Virus record (IMG/VR): IMGVR_UViG_3300020371_000002
Source: a virus
Lineage: Duplodnaviria; Caudoviricetes
Direction: 5' to 3' (one strand)
DNA: 64,000 nucleotides
A program made the translations under genes and the position numbers. Below are positions 1 through 9,469 of this stretch, piece after piece. Numbering within the stretch: position 1 is the stretch's first letter; every line of letters starts with the position of its first letter. Under the pieces are notes generated by a model that was given only the letters and a program-made list of their open reading frames with translations, had not been told where the DNA came from and did no database searches.

Positions 1-869
1 GACTAACTAGATCTACTCCACTTAAGTATAAAGTTGGTGGGGGTATCATTCTACCAATGCCAAACACTGTTAAAGATGCATCGAGTGTTTCTTGGGAGAC
101 TGACAAATTAAACAATCTAGCGGCCGCGGCAGCAGGTCTGGTATCTCAGAACTTTGCAGCGAAAGGTATTGCCCAGGTCTTTGGACTAGGTGGAATGGAC
201 AAACTGTTGACCCAACTAAAACTACTCTCTGAGAGTGGTACAGGTGGTGGTCAGAGTGCCATGTCAGCAAGTCTAATGAGTGGTATGCTCAATAAACTCG
301 GATACGATGTAAGTCCAGAGACTATCCTTGCAAGAGGTGCTGGTATTGTTCCAAACTCAAACATGGAACTCATGTTCCGTGGTCCTCAGATGAGGCAGTT
401 TAACTATACTTACCAGTTGACAGCAAGAGATCCAGACGAAGCATCAGAGATTAGACAAATTATTAGACATTTCAAAGAAATGTCCTCAGCAAAGAAAAAT
501 GTATCCGATACAGCAGGTGTTTCTGCTGCTGGAGATCCATCTTTCTTCCTTGGAACACCAAACATCTGGACAATCAGATACTGTACTGCTAATTTCAGAG
601 ATATTCCTGGGGTAAATATTATTAAGCCTTGCGCTCTAACTAGATTTGAAACTGATTATGCACCACATGGAAGTTGGCAGGCATTTGATAAAGGTCAACC
701 AGTTTCGTATAAGATCCAAATGGATTTTGCTGAACTAGAACCCGTATATAACACCGACTATAACAATAGAGTCGGTTCAGATAGAGTTGCAGAGTTTAAT
801 GATGCAGGTCAACAAATTAATAAGGGCGACCTCAGAAGAATTGACAAAAAAGACATGATCGGTTACTAA
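1..869 (+). CDS. gp48: Baseplate tail-tube cap/initiator (T4 gp48-like), 5'-truncated
   Basis: PNSNMELMFRGPQMRQFNYTY motif. The frame is open from base 3 (LTRSTPLKYKVGGGIILPM), so the gene starts before the window. Sits next to gp53. Confidence 0.75.
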   Translation, partial: LTRSTPLKYKVGGGIILPMPNTVKDASSVSWETDKLNNLAAAAAGLVSQNFAAKGIAQVFGLGGMDKLLTQLKLLSESGTGGGQSAMSASLMSGMLNKLGYDVSPETILARGAGIVPNSNMELMFRGPQMRQFNYTYQLTARDPDEASEIRQIIRHFKEMSSAKKNVSDTAGVSAAGDPSFFLGTPNIWTIRYCTANFRDIPGVNIIKPCALTRFETDYAPHGSWQAFDKGQPVSYKIQMDFAELEPVYNTDYNNRVGSDRVAEFNDAGQQINKGDLRRIDKKDMIGY

Positions 870-870
870 A

Positions 871-1629
871 ATGTCAAATAGAAGTTATTTCCGCTATTTT
901 CCAAATATGGAATATGTCTCCAGAACTCTGGAGAGAAGTTCCAATGACGAATTTATTACAGTCAAGAATATCTTCAAAAGAGCCAGACTCAGAGAAGATA
1001 TTGCAGGATCAGCGACTGTATATAACTATTTCAGTGTTCCTGGCAATTTTAGACCCGATCAATGTGCAGATCGTGTATATGGAGACCCACATTTAGACTG
1101 GGTTATTCTAATTACAAATAATATTCAGAATATCCATGAGGATTGGCCCATGGATGATCTAACTTTTAGAAAATACTTATTAGACAAATATGGTAGTGAA
1201 GAAGCATTAGAAGATATTCACCACTATGAAACTACTGCCTTTGAGGATGGATATTTAAGAACTATCGTTCCCGATGGGTTAGTTGTTGATTCCGCTTTCA
1301 ATGTATCAGCATTAGATCAAAGATTGCAACAAGAAGTGAAATATAACGATAATATCGCACTTAAAACAGAAAACAGCACTATTGATCAAGCAGGTACAGT
1401 AAAAGATGCCAATGGTGACATTGTTTTAGGCAAAGGAATCCGCCCTGTCACCAACTATAAGTATGAATTTGACGCAAATGAAATGAAGAAGAATATCATC
1501 ATTTTAAAACCAGAATTCTTAGGCGTATTCGTTGACGACATGAAGAAGATCATGGCATACTCTCCATCTTCTCAGTACATCAATAAAAATACTAAGAGAA
1601 CTTATAATCCAAGATTAACTGGTATTTAA
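871..1629 (+). CDS. gp53: Baseplate wedge subunit (T4 gp53-like)
   Basis: MSNRSYFRYFPNMEY start, RPDQCADRVYGDPHLDWVILITNNI, IHHYET. Confidence 0.85.
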   Translation: MSNRSYFRYFPNMEYVSRTLERSSNDEFITVKNIFKRARLREDIAGSATVYNYFSVPGNFRPDQCADRVYGDPHLDWVILITNNIQNIHEDWPMDDLTFRKYLLDKYGSEEALEDIHHYETTAFEDGYLRTIVPDGLVVDSAFNVSALDQRLQQEVKYNDNIALKTENSTIDQAGTVKDANGDIVLGKGIRPVTNYKYEFDANEMKKNIIILKPEFLGVFVDDMKKIMAYSPSSQYINKNTKRTYNPRLTGI

Positions 1630-2342
1630 AGGAAGAATATTTGATTGATTCGATCATGAGAATCAAACATGCCTATTTCCATGTTCTGAGAATGTAGGAT
1701 ATCCGCTTCATAGAATATGCAACGATTATATCTCATTTTCGCTTCATATTCCACCTTCCATTCTCTATCACCATAGAGCCATCTTCTAATATAAGGATAT
1801 ACATCCTCCTGAGATTTTATTTCCTCATCAAATCCTTCTGGTTTATCCATATACTTGAATATGTTGTAAGGAACACTCATTTTACCTTTATATGAGTAAA
1901 AGTTTGTTCCTCCAGCACACTCTTCTGGTTTATTCAAGTAAATGACAACACCAAACTGTAAGAAGTCATTACTATAAGGATATGCATCTTGGTGCGGAAT
2001 ACTAAACCAAGGATCACGCAATATGCTTGCGTCATTCATGATATTACACATGAATCCACAATCATCCCATTGCATTTCATATGTGTATGGGTCAATATGT
2101 CTTGACCACATGCCACTTAAACAATACTTGTCAAATACAGATTTGAGGTTTTCTTTCACCTCATCTGTCTTAACAAATAATCTTGTTCCAGGCAGATTAT
2201 TCTTAACTGCATTTCGTTCTCTTGAATTTAATGCAAGGTTTCTAATCTCATCTGGGTTTTTGTAGAAATCATCGATAATGATAATTCTGCGGTCATTTAC
2301 ATGCCTTATCCTTAATCGAGCATTTTCATTAATTTCGAACAT
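1626..2342 (-). CDS. Fe(II)/2OG oxygenase-like protein (DUF6445-like)
   Basis: IIIIDDFYKNPD start, PHQD...IYLN...GGTNFY...NR..LH facial-triad pattern. Confidence 0.7.
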   Translation of the reverse strand: MFEINENARLRIRHVNDRRIIIIDDFYKNPDEIRNLALNSRERNAVKNNLPGTRLFVKTDEVKENLKSVFDKYCLSGMWSRHIDPYTYEMQWDDCGFMCNIMNDASILRDPWFSIPHQDAYPYSNDFLQFGVVIYLNKPEECAGGTNFYSYKGKMSVPYNIFKYMDKPEGFDEEIKSQEDVYPYIRRWLYGDREWKVEYEAKMRYNRCIFYEADILHSQNMEIGMFDSHDRINQIFFL

Positions 2343-2345
2343 AAT

Positions 2346-2413
2346 CCTGGCCTACAAAAAAAAGCCCAGAATTTTTTTCCGAGCTTTTTTGAAATTAAAA
2401 GTTGATTTTGGTA
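2346..2413. repeat. Dispersed ~65 bp repeat, copy 1, containing a bidirectional terminator-like hairpin
   Basis: cctggcc..aaaaaaagcccagaatttttttccgagctttttt..ttttggta, nearly identical to 21263-21330. Confidence 0.85.
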
Positions 2414-3328
2414 TCACTCCTCAGCAAGTTTCTGGAAGTAACTCATCGCATCATCCTCATCTTCATCCGTAATGTCAGCAGACTTTGGAGTTGCAGATGC
2501 ACGAGAAGCAATGGTCGCTAGTTCTTCTTCAAGACCACGATCATTGTCCTCATCAGAAACTTCTTCCTCAACAGGTTTACGAAGTTGTTGTTTGTTACCA
2601 AGAACAGCATCAAGACGCTTCTTGAGATCATCATAAGACTTGAACTGATCTGCAGCAGTAAATGCATTCAGATCATGCAAGTTGTTGTAGATCTCTTCAA
2701 GTTGATTATCATCATCAAGAAGTGCAGAAGGTTTGGCAAACTCAGAAGAGTCATAGTTCCAGAACCCAGCAACGTTTTTGATCTTCAGTTTGAAGTTTGC
2801 ACCCTGCCAAAAATCAAATGGGTTGATAGGATCCTCATCCTCAAACTCAGGTTGCATTGCTGCAGTGATCTTATCAAAGATCTTCTTACCAAACTTGTAG
2901 AGGAAGGTTTTACCTTCATTCTCAGGATTAGCAGAGTCCTTCACAACATAGATGTTGGAATAGTAAGACAGTTTGCGTTTCTGTTTACGAGCAATCTCTT
3001 TGTCTGCATCCAACCCACTGTTCCAAAGAACACGATTGTGTTCAGAGACAGGATCCTGTTTACCCAGAGTGGTAAGGGAATTCTCAATGTACCATCCGCC
3101 AGGACCTTGGAAAGCGTGACTCCACAGTTGTGCCCATGGAAGATCACATCCCTCAGGTGCAGGGAGGAATCGAATAACTGCATAACCGTTTCCTGCTTTA
3201 TCTACCGCAGGTTTCCAGAAACGTTCGTCAGCACTACCACCTTTCTCATTAAGTTTCTCCACCTTCTTCATCAGTTTATCGGTGAGAGAACCAGCCTTAG
3301 ATTGTTTCTTCAGATTAGCAAAAGACAT
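2414..3328 (-). CDS. gp32: Single-stranded DNA-binding protein (T4 gp32)
   Basis: DERFWKP, GNGYAVIRFLP, YIENSLTTLG, FDFWQGANFKLK, acidic tail ending YFQKLAEE. Confidence 0.97.
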   Translation of the reverse strand: MSFANLKKQSKAGSLTDKLMKKVEKLNEKGGSADERFWKPAVDKAGNGYAVIRFLPAPEGCDLPWAQLWSHAFQGPGGWYIENSLTTLGKQDPVSEHNRVLWNSGLDADKEIARKQKRKLSYYSNIYVVKDSANPENEGKTFLYKFGKKIFDKITAAMQPEFEDEDPINPFDFWQGANFKLKIKNVAGFWNYDSSEFAKPSALLDDDNQLEEIYNNLHDLNAFTAADQFKSYDDLKKRLDAVLGNKQQLRKPVEEEVSDEDNDRGLEEELATIASRASATPKSADITDEDEDDAMSYFQKLAEE

Positions 3329-3369
3329 TTGTATTTTCTCCGTATTTGTTCGTATTGTGTGTATTGAAC

Positions 3370-3762
3370 TTATTGATTATACATCCAATCCCCATCTTCG
3401 TCAACGTCTTCATCGACCCAAGATGCAGGATCTTCGAGTCTCTCTTCGAGACTGTCCAACACTGACATCAGGCCATCAAAGAATTGTTCGATGGGTTGAT
3501 CCTTTTTCAAACCAAGGAACTTCGCGGATTCCATGATGTTCTCTTTCATTTCAATCGCCTTAGGATCATCGGACAGTTTCAGGCGAGTATAAAAGAGTTT
3601 CTGTTTTTCTAGGAGAGACTTCATCATTTCAAGATGATTTTCACGATCTTCCTTAGTCATTGCCGCAGGATGTTTAAACATCTCCTTGGTCATTGCCTCT
3701 TGAAGTTCATTGATCTCAGTAACAGCGGCACGAACCACTGGTGATTCAAAAAATTTGCTCAC
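3370..3762 (-). CDS. Conserved cyanophage protein (DUF1825-like)
   Basis: MSKFFESPVVR...LLEKQKLFYTRLKLSDDPKA; position between gp59 and gp32. Confidence 0.7.
   Translation of the reverse strand: MSKFFESPVVRAAVTEINELQEAMTKEMFKHPAAMTKEDRENHLEMMKSLLEKQKLFYTRLKLSDDPKAIEMKENIMESAKFLGLKKDQPIEQFFDGLMSVLDSLEERLEDPASWVDEDVDEDGDWMYNQ
3376..3404 (-). promoter_or_regulatory. Sigma70-type promoter for gp32, embedded in the upstream CDS
   Basis: TTGACG-17nt-TATAAT on the minus strand. Confidence 0.7.
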
Positions 3763-4349
3763 ACTACAATCTCCCGTAGAATCCTTTTATATCCTTGGAT
3801 GTCAGTATTTAGGAAGGGTTTATACTTCCTGATTTTAAAACTGACGGTTTCCCACACTGGGTCAAACAGCATGGTATCAAAGTTCTTAGCAAAACCAAGA
3901 ACCATATCTAAGAGTACCATAGTTTCTATAGAAATGGCACTCTGTAAATGTTTTTTTAATATGGTAGGATGGTTACCATTCTTACTTGCAAATATAGAAT
4001 CAAAATCCTGACCTGCAAGAAAAATAGACGCCTCTGTCTTAAACATAAACGGAAGCGTCTTCATTTTATCTGACCATTCTTGATATCTTTTATCACCATT
4101 GTCTATAATCTGTCCGATCCACACTGTACGGGGATCCTCCGCCTGACTAAAACTGGCAGTAAAATAATCGTAAATTTCTTGGTCGGTTTTCTTTCTAGAC
4201 ATTCTTTCAAAGAAGTACCGATCCTTTCTCTTCTTGAAAGTAGATTCGTTTGCTCTAGTCTTTCCCTTATACTTAAAAAAATCGTAACTCTCTTTCGTAA
4301 AGTGATTCTTGAAAGAGAGATACGTTTTATACACATCAAAAGGAGTCAT
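3759..4349 (-). CDS. gp59: Helicase loader (T4 gp59)
   Basis: MTPFDVYKTYLSFKNHFTKESYDFFKYKGK...FKKRKDRYFFERMSR. Confidence 0.9.
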   Translation of the reverse strand: MTPFDVYKTYLSFKNHFTKESYDFFKYKGKTRANESTFKKRKDRYFFERMSRKKTDQEIYDYFTASFSQAEDPRTVWIGQIIDNGDKRYQEWSDKMKTLPFMFKTEASIFLAGQDFDSIFASKNGNHPTILKKHLQSAISIETMVLLDMVLGFAKNFDTMLFDPVWETVSFKIRKYKPFLNTDIQGYKRILREIVV

Positions 4350-4636
4350 TCATCCTCTTCTTCATCAATATCAAATTGCCCCTGAAAATCGGGGAATTGT
4401 TTCTGTAAATTATATTCAGTTACAATACCAAATAATTTAGCCTTCAATAATTTAAGGTACTCCTGTTCTGCCCTAGGTCTCCTAGGGTATCCAGGCCACA
4501 TCTTCAGATATTCTTCAGCGATGCCCAATAAGGCCTTGACTTCCCAGATACCAAGTCGCATTTCCAATCTCCAGCCGTCATCCTCCTCGGGATACTCTTC
4601 GGGGAAATGATTGAACAGATCGTCTGGGTATCCCAT
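4346..4636 (-). CDS. Hypothetical protein
   Basis: 96 aa ORF abutting both neighbours in the operon. Confidence 0.55.
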   Translation of the reverse strand: MGYPDDLFNHFPEEYPEEDDGWRLEMRLGIWEVKALLGIAEEYLKMWPGYPRRPRAEQEYLKLLKAKLFGIVTEYNLQKQFPDFQGQFDIDEEEDE

Positions 4637-4639
4637 GGG

Positions 4640-4894
4640 TTACAAAGGCAGTTTTGCTTTCGACGTTTTCTTCAAAAAGTTGAGTTCCATTGCTTCACTC
4701 TTGAGTTTTTCCTTAAGAGGCTTTGAGATAAGTTTTGACACAGAATCCAATTCAATATTGTTTTCTTCGCAATAACTTACGATTGCCTCGATGTAATTTA
4801 ACTCCGAGTTCAAAACAAGTTGTTCAATATCTTGACTGAACTTGCCTTGGCACAGAAACTTCTCCTTGAGTAGGTCGTTAACTTCTTTCTCCAT
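4640..4894 (-). CDS. gp33: Late-transcription coactivator (T4 gp33)
   Basis: YIEAIVSYCEENNIELDSVSKLISKPLKEKL..EAMELNFLK; start re-assigned to MEKEVND at 4894. Confidence 0.9.
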   Translation of the reverse strand: MEKEVNDLLKEKFLCQGKFSQDIEQLVLNSELNYIEAIVSYCEENNIELDSVSKLISKPLKEKLKSEAMELNFLKKTSKAKLPL

Positions 4895-5564
4895 ACTCTC
4901 CGAGTTTGTGAGTGACGAATTCTTTAATGTACCTGGTAAGAAGTTTAATATAGTCACTTTTGTTGGTTTTTTCATAAACAACACATTCTCCATTTTCAGC
5001 CACCATAATGGTGACAATCTTTTTCACGATTTCGCCTGTCATCTCATAATACATGCAGGCATAAGCGGTCTCTTGAACGAAATATTGTTCAATCCACTTT
5101 TCTGGTTTGATTTTCGTTGAAGTCTTAAAGTCGATGACTGCCAGTTCACCGTTGTACTCGGCAATACAATCAACACGTCCTGCAATTCCAAAGTAGTCAC
5201 TATAGAGTGACTTCTCTAGTGCATGTATGTTATTTATATTGTCTAACTTATCCTTCGCGGCAACAAATAATGCCATCGTAGAAGGAAGTGGTTTAGCAGC
5301 CTTTACATCTTCATTCTTCAGATAAACCTCAACCAATTCATGAAACAAGGATCCTCTTCGAGTGGATACTCTGGAAACTTTATTAGCTTCTTCTTCACCA
5401 ACACGAGCTCTCCAGTCCTGAAAAACTTTTCGGTTATAAAAACTAGTGACCGATGTGATAGAAGGCATTGGTTTACCCGATGGGGTATCATAATACCTAA
5501 CACCATCAATAGTTTTAGCCGTCAGATCAAAATCTTTAAGCTTATCAAGATGAACAAACGTCAT
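4878..5564 (-). CDS. PD-(D/E)XK exonuclease (Cas4/AddB-like phage exonuclease)
   Basis: PSITSV, RG..FH, AGRVDCIAEY, VIDFKTS, YFVQETAYA. Confidence 0.85.
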   Translation of the reverse strand: MTFVHLDKLKDFDLTAKTIDGVRYYDTPSGKPMPSITSVTSFYNRKVFQDWRARVGEEEANKVSRVSTRRGSLFHELVEVYLKNEDVKAAKPLPSTMALFVAAKDKLDNINNIHALEKSLYSDYFGIAGRVDCIAEYNGELAVIDFKTSTKIKPEKWIEQYFVQETAYACMYYEMTGEIVKKIVTIMVAENGECVVYEKTNKSDYIKLLTRYIKEFVTHKLGEYGERS

Positions 5565-6319
5565 AAAGCGAGAGCAAGTTTTGTAACCAAATAGTTTCTA
5601 ACCAGTCCCGAACGAACAATATCATCAAGTCCAAATTCAATTACACCAAAGTCTTCTTCCATTACTTCAATGATCTTTTTGAAATCAATGATCCCATCCT
5701 TTTCATATGACTTGGTGAGATCTGTTTGAGTGGCGTCACCGCAGAAAATAATCTTACAGTTATCACCAACTCTAGTAATTATACTATCTAATTCATGAAA
5801 ATTCAAGTTCTGCATCTCATCCACTAACACAATGCAATTATCCATGGTTGTGCCACGAATAAAAGATGTACTCCAGAATGAAATAGTTTCTTGAGTCTTC
5901 AAGTTACCGTACAACATTTCGAAATCAGCATCAGTTGCCATCTCGAACATGTACTTCACCATATTTTTATATGGAATCTGATACAAGGCAGACTTATCAT
6001 CATGATCGCCAGGAAGGAATCCAATCTCTCTAGTGGAGACTAGAGAACGAACAATGTATAACTTTTCGTAAGGAGTTTCATCGTTCAGAACATCTTGCAA
6101 TGCCTTGTACAAACTGATGAATGTTTTACCAGTACCAGCAGCACCATATGCAAAAATGTTTTTACCTTCATCATATGCATCAAAAAGAACTTTCTGATTA
6201 TCAGTCAGAGGTTCAATGTCAACCAACATATCAGTGTTGATTGGTTTCTTACGACGCATTTGTTTTGCTGTCATCCCCACTCCAATGGGATCGTCAGACT
6301 TTCTTTTCCTTCTTGGCAT
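5561..6319 (-). CDS. phoH: PhoH-like ATPase
   Basis: GAAGTGKT Walker A, STREIGFLPG, FIRGTT, DEMQN, FCGDATQTDL. Confidence 0.97.
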   Translation of the reverse strand: MPRRKRKSDDPIGVGMTAKQMRRKKPINTDMLVDIEPLTDNQKVLFDAYDEGKNIFAYGAAGTGKTFISLYKALQDVLNDETPYEKLYIVRSLVSTREIGFLPGDHDDKSALYQIPYKNMVKYMFEMATDADFEMLYGNLKTQETISFWSTSFIRGTTMDNCIVLVDEMQNLNFHELDSIITRVGDNCKIIFCGDATQTDLTKSYEKDGIIDFKKIIEVMEEDFGVIEFGLDDIVRSGLVRNYLVTKLALAL

Positions 6320-6321
6320 AA

Positions 6322-6588
6322 TTATCGTGACAATTTGTTCATTCGACCTCGGATACCTGCAGACTTCTCAGCCTTCTTGAGGACCTGATTCCAACTCGGG
6401 TGTGTCTTAGACATCTTGTCTCTCCACTCACCCACTTCTCCCACGCCTGGGGTATTTTCTGGTGTGTAGTATCTTTCCCAATCAGGATTGTCTTCTTTCC
6501 ACTGATCCCATTCATGAATGCTCATTCTGACATCCTTTGTTTCGCCAGTTTCTTTGTGTTTTACAGGATATGTTGCCATCAAATCCAC
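6322..6588 (-). CDS. Conserved T4-like hypothetical protein
   Basis: MATYPVKHKETGE...EWDQWKEDNPDWER; usual position between thymidylate synthase and phoH. Confidence 0.7.
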   Translation of the reverse strand: MDLMATYPVKHKETGETKDVRMSIHEWDQWKEDNPDWERYYTPENTPGVGEVGEWRDKMSKTHPSWNQVLKKAEKSAGIRGRMNKLSR

Positions 6589-7211
6589 TCCAATGCTTCA
6601 GCAACAGTAGGGAACTGTTCACAGAAGATTGCCTTGCACGCCTCAGCGATCTTCATATGTTCCTTCTGGGTTCCATGTGCGGAACGTAATTCTATATAGT
6701 GGATCCATGAACGGCATGATCCCGTCATGTAGATTTTTGTTGGCGTGCATAATGGCAATACCATTCGAGCACACTCCTTAGCAACGCCTGCACCAAGCAT
6801 CTGTTCATACAATGCCTCTGCACTACTGAAGAGAGTCTTCATCTGACGTTGCAGTTTATCTACCAGTTCAGGATCAAGATCATCGATACTATTCTGGCGA
6901 TTCTTATCGTCTTGACGGCGGAGTTCTGGGATAGGAATCTCACCTAACTTTGTACTCTCTGCATACCGTTGTGAAAATTCCTGGAAGCAGAACGAGCGAT
7001 GGCGTAGCACTTGAGCCGCTATCGCTCTGGTAGTCTCAATCTCAAGAGTCATTGTGGATTGTTCGAACACAGACCAATGATTGTGTTTGATACAGTACCT
7101 CAATAATCCTGCAAATTTTTCATTGTCCTGATTGTCTGGATTGCTCACCCTAGCAATGTATGCCATGGTTTGCTCCGCATCAGGAGTAACACTAACTAAT
7201 TTTGCACTCAT
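6579..7211 (-). CDS. thyX: FAD-dependent thymidylate synthase
   Basis: HWSVFEQ, RHRSFCFQEFSQRY ThyX motif, ECARMVLP, GTQKEH. Confidence 0.97.
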   Translation of the reverse strand: MSAKLVSVTPDAEQTMAYIARVSNPDNQDNEKFAGLLRYCIKHNHWSVFEQSTMTLEIETTRAIAAQVLRHRSFCFQEFSQRYAESTKLGEIPIPELRRQDDKNRQNSIDDLDPELVDKLQRQMKTLFSSAEALYEQMLGAGVAKECARMVLPLCTPTKIYMTGSCRSWIHYIELRSAHGTQKEHMKIAEACKAIFCEQFPTVAEALEWI

Positions 7212-7213
7212 AA

Positions 7214-7375
7214 TCAATCTGCGTAACCGTCGTCGTCATCTCTACCGTAGTATCGGAATCCAAATTCAGGATCCTTTGGAAGGTATGCATCTTTATCAGC
7301 ATACACTTCTGTTTTAATCTCCTCTAGTAAAACTTCAAGGTTTTTTATCAGGAGTTTGAGTTTGTCTCGTTTCAT
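7214..7375 (-). CDS. Small hypothetical protein (53 aa)
   Basis: Hand-translated MKRDKLKLLIKNLEVLLEEIKTEVYADKDAY...DDDDGYAD; fills the gap exactly. Confidence 0.65.
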   Translation of the reverse strand: MKRDKLKLLIKNLEVLLEEIKTEVYADKDAYLPKDPEFGFRYYGRDDDDGYAD

Positions 7376-7869
7376 TGTGGTACACCCTCAAATATATTGA
7401 AGTTAAAGTTGATAACCACTCGTCGATTTACATCAGTACAAGTGACACCAGCATGTTGTAAATTAGAATCAAAGACTACAAGTCTATTTGATTTACTATG
7501 TATCTTAGTACCATCACGAAAGATTGTACAGCCATTATTTGTATTCATGTACAAGATGGCAGTAATACAATTAGGAAAATCTGTATGGTAATCATTAACT
7601 ACGGGTTCAGTAGTCTTTGTTGTCAGATTTGCCTTGCATCTAATAATTGAAGATGCATTCAAGTCTTTGAACACAGGTTGAACCAGAGACCAATACTGAC
7701 TTCTAGGTTCATACTCCTGATAAAAACAATGAGTGAACTGATACTTACCATCATCTGGCAGTACAATTCCCTCATTGTAGTTCCATGGGAAAAACATTCC
7801 CATCATTTGTTCTTCTAGTTGATCAAAAAGTTTCTGATCCAAGAAGTCATCAAGTACCTGAGTCTTCAT
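7372..7869 (-). CDS. Fe(II)/2OG oxygenase
   Basis: YHTD...ILYMNTNNGCT...NRLVVFD...QHAG...RVVINFN. Confidence 0.85.
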   Translation of the reverse strand: MKTQVLDDFLDQKLFDQLEEQMMGMFFPWNYNEGIVLPDDGKYQFTHCFYQEYEPRSQYWSLVQPVFKDLNASSIIRCKANLTTKTTEPVVNDYHTDFPNCITAILYMNTNNGCTIFRDGTKIHSKSNRLVVFDSNLQHAGVTCTDVNRRVVINFNFNIFEGVPQ

Positions 7870-8053
7870 AGTTTGCTGGATTATACTTCAGGTACTCAAA
7901 GAATGTCAACTTCATTTCTTTGTGTGTCATACCACAGTGATCAGCAGCATTAGGAAGATTCATCTTCGCATAGAAGAGGGCTTCATTCGCCTCCTGCACA
8001 TTCTGCGGAGTCGTCTTCACTCTTTTCTTGGGTGAAACTCTTGTCTGGTCCAT
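7850..8053 (-). CDS. Hypothetical protein
   Basis: ORF in a tightly packed operon. Confidence 0.55.
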   Translation of the reverse strand: MDQTRVSPKKRVKTTPQNVQEANEALFYAKMNLPNAADHCGMTHKEMKLTFFEYLKYNPANYEDSGT

Positions 8054-8213
8054 AATCTTTTAGTAGTTTACTAATAGTATCATCAGTTCCATTCAGGTTA
8101 CGAATCTCGTAAAGATTGGACTTCATATACTTCTTTAGTTTTTTGTACGTTTTCAATACCTTAGCCATCTCGTCAACATTGACGTTGACTTTGGCTTTGC
8201 CATCATCTGTCAT
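7983..8213 (-). CDS. Hypothetical protein
   Basis: ATGA-coupled to the upstream ORF. Confidence 0.55.
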   Translation of the reverse strand: MTDDGKAKVNVNVDEMAKVLKTYKKLKKYMKSNLYEIRNLNGTDDTISKLLKDYGPDKSFTQEKSEDDSAECAGGE

Positions 8214-8470
8214 TTTTTCTTAGACTTTTTCTCACTGTTACCCCATAGTTTAGGGTTGACTCGTCCTTGTGTCTGAGTCATATTCATTACAGAGCGAAAC
8301 TTATCCCAGTAGTAATCAAAGATATCTACTCGTTTTGCTGCTGTAGAAATGTCAAATTTTACTTTATCGTTATCCTTGTATTGTACAAGGTATGCAGTGT
8401 AAGGTAGTGATCTATCCTCAGCAACTGTAGGATCACAGTCTTCATGAAGAATTCTAATACCTTTACCCAT
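8210..8470 (-). CDS. Conserved cyanophage hypothetical protein
   Basis: MGKGIRILHEDCDP...LPYTAYLV...FDYYWD...GRVNPKLWG. Confidence 0.65.
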   Translation of the reverse strand: MGKGIRILHEDCDPTVAEDRSLPYTAYLVQYKDNDKVKFDISTAAKRVDIFDYYWDKFRSVMNMTQTQGRVNPKLWGNSEKKSKKK

Positions 8471-9045
8471 TAACTTCGTCCTCCCCATTGAATGTCTGGA
8501 TATGCCTCAGAGACAATCTCCTTCTTGATAGCGTATACACTCTCAAGGTTCTTGTCTTTAACCAAACAAAGGATCTTTGCCTCTTCGGGATGCAAAGACT
8601 CAAGCATGTTGATAAACATAGTCTCTCGTTTGATTTTATTGAGAGCATCGTTTCCGCCTTTAACAAAATTGTAAAGACGTTTCCACTCATTCCTCAAAGT
8701 TGATCGTTGTGGAATACCTCGCTGTGGATCAGGTGCAGCCTCTTCAGTTAAGGGTTGGTATGGTACATCCCCTGCAGGGATCATCGACAATACAGTTTCA
8801 TCGAAGTTCCAAATGAAGAGAGCTTTGAGAAAGTCACCACCATGCTGTTGGAGGATTTGAACTTTCTTTGCCTTTGTTCTCTCTTGAACAACAGCCCCTA
8901 GAATTTCATGGACCAAAGAGTTTGGTCGCAGTTCAATCTTTTGAACTTTGATAGTCTTTGGTCCCGTTTTTTTCTTTGCAGTCGTAGACGTGGTTCTAGT
9001 TTTCCGCGTCGTCGATCTCTTCGTAGTCGTCATAATTGTTTTCAA
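8470..9045 (-). CDS. Conserved T4-like hypothetical protein
   Basis: LKALFIWNFD...LRNEWKRLYNFVKGG...KRETMFINMLESLHPEEA. Confidence 0.7.
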   Translation of the reverse strand: MKTIMTTTKRSTTRKTRTTSTTAKKKTGPKTIKVQKIELRPNSLVHEILGAVVQERTKAKKVQILQQHGGDFLKALFIWNFDETVLSMIPAGDVPYQPLTEEAAPDPQRGIPQRSTLRNEWKRLYNFVKGGNDALNKIKRETMFINMLESLHPEEAKILCLVKDKNLESVYAIKKEIVSEAYPDIQWGGRS

Positions 9046-9223
9046 ACCTCACGGCTAAAATTTCATCAGGAATAACATTACCATTTACATCAAACATCTC
9101 AGGATGGAGGGCGGGTGTCGCGGTATAAAACTGATGTTGCTGATATAGCCAACCAATTATACCACCAATCATTAAAAACATCACGCTAATCAGAACAAAA
9201 ATTGCAACTAATGTAATTTCCAT
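8996..9223 (-). CDS. Small membrane protein
   Basis: N-terminal TM helix, then HPEMFDVNGNVIPDEILAVRFEN. Confidence 0.65.
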   Translation of the reverse strand: MEITLVAIFVLISVMFLMIGGIIGWLYQQHQFYTATPALHPEMFDVNGNVIPDEILAVRFENNYDDYEEIDDAEN

Positions 9224-9244
9224 GTCCTTTTCCTCCCACGGGCG

Positions 9245-9469
9245 TTACTTCTTTTTTATATCTAGGGAGATCTGTATAAAAAAATCAAACTCACGGTGGA
9301 AAAGTGAGAGTAACTTTCCGAATCGGACCTCCCAAGTCTTCGATTCTTGTATTTCTGGTGGGTTGCCTCCTGATAACATAAGATCCACACCTCTATTTAT
9401 GTGGAGGTCCGCATCGTTTTTCATGTAAGGATGCGGTGTTCTTTCAGGTACTCGATTGCCTCTTGACAA
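9245..9469 (-). CDS. Hypothetical protein
   Basis: INRGVDLML...FGKLLSLFHREF; the true start may be downstream of the track start. Confidence 0.5.
   Translation of the reverse strand: MSRGNRVPERTPHPYMKNDADLHINRGVDLMLSGGNPPEIQESKTWEVRFGKLLSLFHREFDFFIQISLDIKKK

Noticed and set aside
2585-3367. 260 aa plus-strand ORF
   Set aside because: Exactly antisense to gp32, with no motifs or SD; a shadow ORF caused by codon bias.
4895-5017. N-terminal extension of gp33 in the ORF track
   Set aside because: Lies wholly within the exonuclease CDS; gp33 similarity starts at MEKEVND.
4878-5564. Cas4-like nuclease as evidence of a CRISPR system
   Set aside because: A common solo exonuclease in T4-like cyanophages; no other cas genes and no repeat-spacer array in the window.
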